Shown: piece after piece, positions 6,277 through 12,423 of the stretch
Position numbering within the stretch: the first letter of the stretch is position 1
Layout: the number at the start of each line of letters is the position of its first letter
Assembly: GCA_034440375.1 (NCBI GenBank)
Contig: JAWXBZ010000212.1
Coordinates: forward strand, 1-12,423
DNA: 12,423 nucleotides
Origin: Candidatus Eiseniibacteriota bacterium
GTDB lineage: Bacteria > Eisenbacteria > RBG-16-71-46 > JABDJR01 > JAWXBZ01
Direction: 5' to 3'
Notes under the pieces: model-generated
What the model saw: only the letters and a program-made list of their open reading frames with translations
The model's database searches: none
Told to the model about the DNA's origin: nothing
Position numbers and translations under genes: made by a program

Positions 6277-7203
6277 ATGTTGATCCGTTGCCTCCTCCTG
6301 TTCGGACTGCTTGTCGCCACCGACGTTGGCGCCGGGGTTATCAACGTCGAGTTCAAATTTACCCCGTTTACCGGCGATCCGGCCGCCGCCGATCTGGTGG
6401 AGACGGTGCCGGGTCACGTGGCCGTGTTCGTGAACAACATCCCGGTGGCCGAGCAGGAGATCGGCCGGGAGGAGGTGCCGGTGCTCTTCGAAGAGCGTGA
6501 AATCGCCGCCTCGATCTGGCTGCCGACGGAATCCCTGGGCGGGATGCTGCGGAAAGGGACGAACGTCATCCGCATCGAATTTGAACCGGTGGACGGGAAG
6601 GAACCTTATCGCGCGCAGCTCCGCTGGGCACAGGTCATCGACGAGACGACCGAAAGCGAGAAGGATGGCAAGAGCAGCGCCACCAATCAGGCAGGGGAGG
6701 GGGTCGATGACCGAAAGGTCACCGGCCGCGTGGTGATGGAGAGTAAGTTCGAGGCCGAGTTCGCCACCGACCGCCCCTGGCACCACTATCCGGCCATCAC
6801 CGCACTGACCGAGGACGACAGGAAACAGATCCTGTCGCTGCTGGCCGACCGCGCGGCCGCTTTCAAGCCCGGCTTTGAGATGATTTACAAGATCCTGGAA
6901 TCGAATGCGGGCGTCGACCTGACGGCGCTCAAAGAGGAAGGGTGCCTGGACAAGGCGCACGAGGCCGGCATTCGCGTCGTGGCCGTGCCGTCCGATGGAA
7001 TCGAGATGCTGACGACCGGGCAGGCCGAGGTCGTCGTGCAGGCCCGGGAAGGGCAGCTCTTCGTTCCGGAGGATCCCGCCGCGCTGGAGAAGATCACCGA
7101 CGGCGACACGCAGATGTGCATCGGCATGGCCCTGTTCGGCGTCTATCCGCCCCGGCTGGTGCTGGTGAAATCAAAGGACGGCGCCTGGGTCGTGGCCTAC
7201 TAG
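6277..7203 (+). CDS. Secreted acidic protein of unknown function
   Basis: RBS AAGGGAG. Signal peptide MLIRCLLLFGLLVATDVGA. Strong GC3 codon bias. Beta-rich N-half and alpha/beta C-half; no family recognised. Confidence 0.85.
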   Translation: MLIRCLLLFGLLVATDVGAGVINVEFKFTPFTGDPAAADLVETVPGHVAVFVNNIPVAEQEIGREEVPVLFEEREIAASIWLPTESLGGMLRKGTNVIRIEFEPVDGKEPYRAQLRWAQVIDETTESEKDGKSSATNQAGEGVDDRKVTGRVVMESKFEAEFATDRPWHHYPAITALTEDDRKQILSLLADRAAAFKPGFEMIYKILESNAGVDLTALKEEGCLDKAHEAGIRVVAVPSDGIEMLTTGQAEVVVQAREGQLFVPEDPAALEKITDGDTQMCIGMALFGVYPPRLVLVKSKDGAWVVAY

Positions 7204-7232
7204 GCCGAACGATCCGGGCCGGAGTGCATTGG

Positions 7233-8318
7233 ATGGCAGTCGGCGGCCGGCGCGTTCTATTCGTCGACTTCAGTGAGACGGCCACGCACGCCGATACGCT
7301 CTTCAGCGTGGTGCAATTCCTGGCCGGGTGCGACGTGCGTTACGTCCTGGACCCGTCGTACCGTGGATTTCTGCCCGAGGCGCTCGACCCGGCCCACATC
7401 GTCTGGCTGCCGGCCGGGCGCGGACAACGTGCTTCCGTGATGACCGCCTGGGTCGCTGCCCGTGAAGTTCGCCGTTTCCGGCCCGATGCCGTGCACGTGA
7501 ACGGCGCACAGGGGCGCCGGGCCCGGAGTTTCGCGCTCATGACACTTCGTTCGAGCGCCACGTTTTCCGGCACCCACCATAATGCCGAGAAGCTCCTCCG
7601 CAGCACATCGCAATATCTGATCAACCTGCGGATTCGCCGGTACGGCGTGCTGGCCGACTTCATTCGAGATGGAATCCGCCCCCACCTGGCAGCTGGAATC
7701 ATGGTGGAGTCGACACGCCCCATCTTTTTTCCGCAAGGTCATGCGGCGCCGCCAACCGATCGAACGCGGATTGTGATCGTGGGATCACTGGATAATGACC
7801 GCCGCGACTACAAGGGTCTCATTCGCCTCCTGGCTGACGGCCCGCCCCTCGATTCTCGCCTCGAGCTGCTCCTCCTCGGTGATGCCTCCACCGAATCGGG
7901 CCGTGCCATCCGCTCGGCCATCGAGGCGACCCCAGCGGCTTCCCAGGTGCGATTCAAGGAGCGGTTCGTGTCATTCCCGGAGCTTTTCCGGGAGGTCGAG
8001 GCGAGTCATGCCGTGCTGCCGCTCATCCACCCGGAGACCCCGCGCTTCAACGACTACTGCCAGACGAAGCTTACCGGGGCCTCGCTCCTGGCGCTTGGCT
8101 TTCGAAAGCCGATGCTTCTTCATCAAAGGCTGGCTGGCCTCTGCGATTATCGTGCGATCGCGATCGGGTACGACATGTCGGAACTGCCGCATCTCTTGAA
8201 CCGTCTGGCCACCGGCCCGGAGGAACTTGCGGCAGCCGCCCGGGGTTTCGAGTCCCGCGACGATCTCGATCTCGTTCGGGAATCGCGGCGATTCCACGAT
8301 CTCCTTGGCCTGGCATGA
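7233..8318 (+). CDS. Putative GT-B fold glycosyltransferase (GT4-like, divergent)
   Basis: RRFRPDAVHVN, GTHHN, RIVIVGSLDNDRRDYKGL, ELLLLG, RFVSFPELF..V.ASHAVL and KLTGASLLALGFRKPML match GT-B architecture. The true start is probably 7233 (or GTG 7224); the 6942 extension overlaps the upstream gene. Confidence 0.7.
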   Translation: MAVGGRRVLFVDFSETATHADTLFSVVQFLAGCDVRYVLDPSYRGFLPEALDPAHIVWLPAGRGQRASVMTAWVAAREVRRFRPDAVHVNGAQGRRARSFALMTLRSSATFSGTHHNAEKLLRSTSQYLINLRIRRYGVLADFIRDGIRPHLAAGIMVESTRPIFFPQGHAAPPTDRTRIVIVGSLDNDRRDYKGLIRLLADGPPLDSRLELLLLGDASTESGRAIRSAIEATPAASQVRFKERFVSFPELFREVEASHAVLPLIHPETPRFNDYCQTKLTGASLLALGFRKPMLLHQRLAGLCDYRAIAIGYDMSELPHLLNRLATGPEELAAAARGFESRDDLDLVRESRRFHDLLGLA

Positions 8319-8413
8319 GGCCGGCCCCGCAATAATCCGCTTGAAAAGCGGGCGCACCTGGCCCACTGTTTCCCTCACGCTGCGAGCCTTAACCGACCGG
8401 AGAAGGAAAAACC

Positions 8414-8923
8414 ATGCGTCCGATCCTCATGATCCTGCTCGCCGGCCTCATCCTGGCCTCACCGGCCCTGGCGGGTCGCAAACCCGCCTCGGACATCCTG
8501 GGGATCCGGCTCGGCATGGCCGAGGCCGACGTTCGGAAGAAACTCCTGAAGATCGGAAAGCCCGAGTCCGACCTGGCCAGCCCCAAACAATCGTGGAAGT
8601 TGAAGAACAAGAACTTCGGCTACATGGCCGTCCGGTACAACGACAGCTGGGAGGTGAAGTGGGTGTCGGTATTCGCCGTCGAGAACGGGAAGAAGCTCAC
8701 GTACTCGGACGTAGGACCGCTGAAGAAAGCGAAGCTCACCGGTCGCTACATCTATTCGTGGGAAATTCCGGGCGGTGATGAGTTTCCGGGCGTCCTGGTC
8801 ACGGCTCGCGGCTCGGACCCCGAAACCCTGTCCGGCCTCTCCATTTCTCCTCTGCCGATCATTCGGGAAATGGCCACGCCGCCGGAGCTTCCGGACACGA
8901 TGTACCTCGCGAAGCCGCGCTGA
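8414..8923 (+). CDS. Secreted basic protein of unknown function
   Basis: RBS AGAAGGA. Signal peptide MRPILMILLAGLILASPALA. DILGIRLGM.EADV.KKL resembles the start of BLIP/SmpA-like alpha/beta folds (inference). Confidence 0.85.
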   Translation: MRPILMILLAGLILASPALAGRKPASDILGIRLGMAEADVRKKLLKIGKPESDLASPKQSWKLKNKNFGYMAVRYNDSWEVKWVSVFAVENGKKLTYSDVGPLKKAKLTGRYIYSWEIPGGDEFPGVLVTARGSDPETLSGLSISPLPIIREMATPPELPDTMYLAKPR

Positions 8924-8944
8924 CTGCCGGGACCGAAGTTGGTT

Positions 8945-8985
8945 TGAGAATTATTTATAACACATTGAAACATAATTAGTTAAAG
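8945..8985. promoter_or_regulatory. AT-rich island with IHF-like site; probable promoter region of the large secreted-protein gene
   Basis: AATTATTTATAACACATTGAAACATAATTAGTTAAA in a GC-rich context. The minus strand at 8958-8970 reads TTTCAATGTGTTA, one mismatch from the IHF consensus WATCAANNNNTTR. TAAC...GTTA dyad at 8958-8982. Confidence 0.45.
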
Positions 8986-9132
8986 GTCGTCTGGGTAGCC
9001 TGACCCAAGCCAACTCAAGCCCCAGTCAAGACCGCCCGCCAATAGTTGCTCCCATCGAACCTGTTCCGGCTTCCCCTTATCCATCTGGGGTCAAAGCGGA
9101 GGCCCGGAACACCAATTCAGGGAGAACGCGCG

Positions 9133-12100
9133 ATGTTGAAGAGAGCCGGATTCCTCATCGGAACATGCCTCGTCGCCCTCGTGATGGCGATACCGGATGC
9201 CCGGGCGGCAACACCCTCGTTCGGGTCGTTGTCACCGGCAACGCCCGCCATTCAGTACGACGCCGGTCCGTTCACGAGCCTCAATCCATCGCCACAGCTT
9301 GGAACGCCCGATTGTTCGCTCTTCCCGAACAGCTGCGACGACTACACGTTGAATGTCACCGTCGACGCCGCGTACATGGCAATGAATCCGAACCATGTGG
9401 TGACGATCACAATCAGCTGGCCACTCGCCCAGAACGACTTTGATATCTATTTGATGAATACGGCCACCGAGCAGGTGATCACGACATCGGCCAGTTCCGG
9501 TGATCCGGAGATCATCAGCTTCACGCCGATCGTCGGCACGACCAGCTACCGGGTGCGGACCCTGGCCTACCTGGCCGCCAACGAGAATATCCACGGCGCA
9601 ATCACCCTCGGACCGGCCCCGGTCACGGGCGCGGGCAACGCCAGCTACATCGCCAGCACCGATGTCTTCACGTGCAACAAGCACCTGGAGGGACAGACCA
9701 CCGTCTTCGATCATGGCGGGGACGGCGAACCCGCGGTGGACATCGATCCCGACGGCAACACCTGGATTGCCGCAAATGCCGGCGTGGGTGGTGGCATCGG
9801 TCTGTGGAAGATCAACGCCACGGATGTGTGCAGCCAGGAGCCGGTGTTCCTGAACAGCCCCGACGCGGGCGTCGGCGGCGGTGACTCGGACATCGAAATT
9901 GCGCCGGAGCTGAACGCGCTCGGCTTCTACAACATATACACCAGCAGCCTGACTCTGGCGAACATCACCTCCTCCACCTCACTGGATGGCGGCGCCACAT
10001 TCATCCCGGTGGTCATTTCGGATCCGCTGCCGGTCAACGACCGCCAGTTCAACGCCGCCTACGGTGCCAACACGCTCTTTCTTTCCTGGCGTTCGCTGAA
10101 CGCCGGCAATCAGCTCTTCTGCGCCCGTTCCGACAACGCCGGACTGACCTTTGGTCCCCAGATCCCCGTGTATGACGATATCGTCGGCACGGCGTTGACG
10201 ACCCAGCTTGGCAACATGGTCAGTGATCAGCGTACGGGAGCCACCGTGCCTATTGGCGTTGGTCCGGATGGCCAGGGAAGCCTGTACCACGGTTACATTC
10301 TGACAACGCAGGACGGCACGAATGGTCACAAGGTCTACGTGGCCGCGAGCCGCGACTTCGGTTTGACATGGACCTCGCACGTGGCCCACGCCGGGCCGAT
10401 CGGCGCCACTTACGATCACATCTTCAGCTGGGTGGCCGTCGACGGCGCCGGCAACGTATACACCGTCTGGAATGACGGACGGAGCATCTTCTACAGCGTC
10501 TCGACCGACATCAAGACCAGCCCGACGCCGACCTGGAGCCTGCCGCGTCGCGTCAACAACGGACCCGACACGAAGAGCTGCATGCTGCCGATGATCGACG
10601 CCGGCTCCGACGGCCGGATTGTCATCGCCTGGTACGGCACCGATGCCCCCAGCACCACCGATCCGGGTGCCCAGTGGCAGTACTTCCACGCCCGCTGCAA
10701 CAACGCCACCGGTGCGCTCCCGGTCTTCGAGCAGCTCAAGGTGTCGGATCATGTCGTGCATACCGGTTCCGTCTGCGAAGATGGCCTTGGCTGCTCCTGC
10801 TGCCGCGAATTGCTGGAATGCCAGGAGCTTGACGTGAATCCCGTCAACGGCTCGTCACTCGTGAGTTACGCCGGCGCCGGTGGCGTGTACGTGACCCAGC
10901 AGGTGGCCGGTGCGTCGGCCATCTTCGGCGAGACGATTACCGACAATTCAGGCCCCTGCCCGACGTTGCTCGATGGGTGCTTCAGCGGACCGGCATTGCT
11001 CGGCAGTCGCTGCATCGAGCCGGGCATCAAGACCGTGACTGATCCGACCGGCGACGTGTCGCCGCTGGGTGGTCCCCAGCAGGATCTCGAGAGTGTCTGG
11101 ATCGCCGAGCCATATCTCGGCGTCGGCGTTGACCGGCTCGTCATCACGATGAAGGTGGGGAACCTGGCCACCCTGCCCCAGAACACCCTCTGGACCGTCC
11201 TGTGGAACAACCCGACTCCGGGCGATCCCTTCCCGATGAAGTTCGTCCAGATGAACAGCTGCGATCCACTCGAATCGCCGACGTTCGCCTATGGTCATGT
11301 CGAGGGAAACCTCCAGTCAGCCGACGGCAACCTGCCGCCCGGAGCCGGTACCTACAGCCCCGACGGCACGATCCGCCTGGAAGTGGACCCCGCGCTCGTC
11401 GGCAATCCGCAGTCGGGATACGTGCTGAGCGCCGTGGTGGGTGAGATTCGGCTGCTGGCCGGCACCCTCTGCAGCGGCTTGATCAGCACCCTCGATTCCG
11501 GGGCCGGGATTCCGTACACGTTTGAAGGGAACGATTACTGCGTCCCGCACACGGTTACCTGTGCCCCGGGTGGCATTCACCAGCCGGGTGACTATCTCCT
11601 CGACTTCACCGTCAACAACCCGAGCACGGCGCCGCGCCGGTTCAACGTCACGCTCTCCGATCCGAACGGATGGCTTGTCGGCGGACCGTTCAATCTGATT
11701 GTCGGCCCGATCACCCCCAACACGTCGGCCACACTGTCCGCCGTACTGCGCCTGCCGAACAACTGCGCTCCGTCGCCAACTGACCTGGTCTCGTTCGACG
11801 CGGAGGCGGAGGACCTGCCGTTGGCGGTGTCACTGGCTACGTGTACTTCAGAACACATGTGTTCGCCCACGTCCGCCGCCGGCCTTGATCCGATTGCCGG
11901 GCAGCTTGGTCTGTCGGTGGCGGGGCAGAATCCGTTCCGCGGTGCCACCCGGGTGCGCTTCGATCTGCCGGCCAAGGGGCCGGTCAAGGTGGCGGTCTAC
12001 ACGGTGGCCGGCCAGTGCATCCGCACCCTGGTCAACGAAACGTTCGAGTCCGGGACCCATTTCGTCGATTTCGACCTGCGCGGCGATCAAAAGCAGAATC

Positions 12101-12177
12101 TGGCCAGCGGTGTCTACTTCGTTCGCATCGAAGCCGCCGGCAGCAAGAAGAGCCTGACCCTGGTCGCGGCTCAATAG
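9133..12177 (+). CDS. Large secreted multidomain protein: Asp-box (BNR/sialidase-like) beta-propeller, beta-sandwich domains and C-terminal FlgD-Ig/T9SS type-A-like sorting domain
   Basis: GGAG RBS at 9121 and signal peptide MLKRAGFLIGTCLVALVMAIPDARA. PPC-like NDFDIYL segment. Asp boxes SLDGGATF, SDNAGLTF and SRDFGLTW. C-terminus NPFRGATRVRFDLP..GPVKVAVYTVAGQCIRTLV....SGTH........LASGVYFVRIEA. Confidence 0.88.
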   Translation: MLKRAGFLIGTCLVALVMAIPDARAATPSFGSLSPATPAIQYDAGPFTSLNPSPQLGTPDCSLFPNSCDDYTLNVTVDAAYMAMNPNHVVTITISWPLAQNDFDIYLMNTATEQVITTSASSGDPEIISFTPIVGTTSYRVRTLAYLAANENIHGAITLGPAPVTGAGNASYIASTDVFTCNKHLEGQTTVFDHGGDGEPAVDIDPDGNTWIAANAGVGGGIGLWKINATDVCSQEPVFLNSPDAGVGGGDSDIEIAPELNALGFYNIYTSSLTLANITSSTSLDGGATFIPVVISDPLPVNDRQFNAAYGANTLFLSWRSLNAGNQLFCARSDNAGLTFGPQIPVYDDIVGTALTTQLGNMVSDQRTGATVPIGVGPDGQGSLYHGYILTTQDGTNGHKVYVAASRDFGLTWTSHVAHAGPIGATYDHIFSWVAVDGAGNVYTVWNDGRSIFYSVSTDIKTSPTPTWSLPRRVNNGPDTKSCMLPMIDAGSDGRIVIAWYGTDAPSTTDPGAQWQYFHARCNNATGALPVFEQLKVSDHVVHTGSVCEDGLGCSCCRELLECQELDVNPVNGSSLVSYAGAGGVYVTQQVAGASAIFGETITDNSGPCPTLLDGCFSGPALLGSRCIEPGIKTVTDPTGDVSPLGGPQQDLESVWIAEPYLGVGVDRLVITMKVGNLATLPQNTLWTVLWNNPTPGDPFPMKFVQMNSCDPLESPTFAYGHVEGNLQSADGNLPPGAGTYSPDGTIRLEVDPALVGNPQSGYVLSAVVGEIRLLAGTLCSGLISTLDSGAGIPYTFEGNDYCVPHTVTCAPGGIHQPGDYLLDFTVNNPSTAPRRFNVTLSDPNGWLVGGPFNLIVGPITPNTSATLSAVLRLPNNCAPSPTDLVSFDAEAEDLPLAVSLATCTSEHMCSPTSAAGLDPIAGQLGLSVAGQNPFRGATRVRFDLPAKGPVKVAVYTVAGQCIRTLVNETFESGTHFVDFDLRGDQKQNLASGVYFVRIEAAGSKKSLTLVAAQ

Positions 12178-12242
12178 GTTCACGTCTCGCTTCCGGTTCA
12201 CCGACCGGATCTCGAAGCGTGAAGGCACCAAGACGTACGACA

Positions 12243-12278
12243 CCATCGGGGCGGCAGACCAACCTGCCGTCCCGATGG
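12243..12278. other. Strong intergenic stem-loop (15-bp stem, 6-nt loop) without a U-tract
   Basis: CCATCGGGGCGGCAG-ACCAAC-CTGCCGTCCCGATGG gives 14 Watson-Crick pairs plus one G-U on the + strand RNA. Confidence 0.75.
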
Positions 12279-12353
12279 CGAGTTCATCGACTGTCCGTCG
12301 GCCAATCGGTTCGACTGAGTTGGGATTGATTCTCGAATCCGGAGGATGTCCAA

Positions 12354-12423
12354 ATGCTGACCGCCCGCCAACTGTTTCCGATCGCGGCAGTAATTCTGGC
12401 CGCCTCCCTGATGCTCTCGCAGA
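12354..12423 (+). CDS. 5' end of a secreted protein (partial, runs off the window)
   Basis: RBS GGAGGA at 12341-12346, then MLTARQLFPIAAVILAASLMLSQ, which is signal-peptide-like. Confidence 0.75.
   Translation, partial: MLTARQLFPIAAVILAASLMLSQ

Noticed and set aside
6942-7232. N-terminal extension of the glycosyltransferase ORF
   Set aside because: Arg/Gly-rich off-frame read of the upstream gene; the real start is near 7233.
8337-8369. CCGCTT-GAA-AAGCGG dyad overlapping a TTGAAA-N17-CACTGT promoter candidate
   Set aside because: Plausible, but the -10 match is poor and the dyad is short, so it cannot be supported from sequence alone.
4217-11987. Numerous long antisense or alternate-frame ORFs (e.g. 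4217-5053, 6217-6960, 9979-10761)
   Set aside because: Shadow ORFs expected in high-GC DNA. They overlap better-supported genes and have no recognisable motifs.

Overview
GC-rich bacterial DNA with two parts. (1) Positions 1 to ~2350 are the 3' end of an integron-type gene-cassette array on the + strand. It contains three complete attC sites (880-939, 1445-1504, 2142-2229), a right-half attC at the window edge whose core is mutated (GTC instead of GTT), and a left-half attC remnant at ~2328-2347. The cassettes carry a VOC/glyoxalase + GYD gene pair, a pRiA4b ORF-3-like gene, a broken OLD/AAA-type ATPase and a truncated small membrane protein; decay increases toward the distal end. No integrase gene is in the window. 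(2) From 2365 onward the sequence looks like chromosomal backbone: an MltB-like lytic transglycosylase, an unknown lipoprotein, two apparently internally deleted genes (a small membrane protein and a Tat-exported ankyrin protein), a compact divergent RlmD/TrmA-like m5U RNA methyltransferase, two unknown secreted proteins, a GT-B glycosyltransferase, and a ~1014-aa secreted Asp-box/beta-propeller protein with a C-terminal FlgD-Ig/T9SS-type sorting domain. That last domain suggests, by inference, an FCB-group host. All family calls come from motif recognition by eye, not database searches. I did not find a demonstrably new multi-gene system; the decaying cassette array is the strongest signal.
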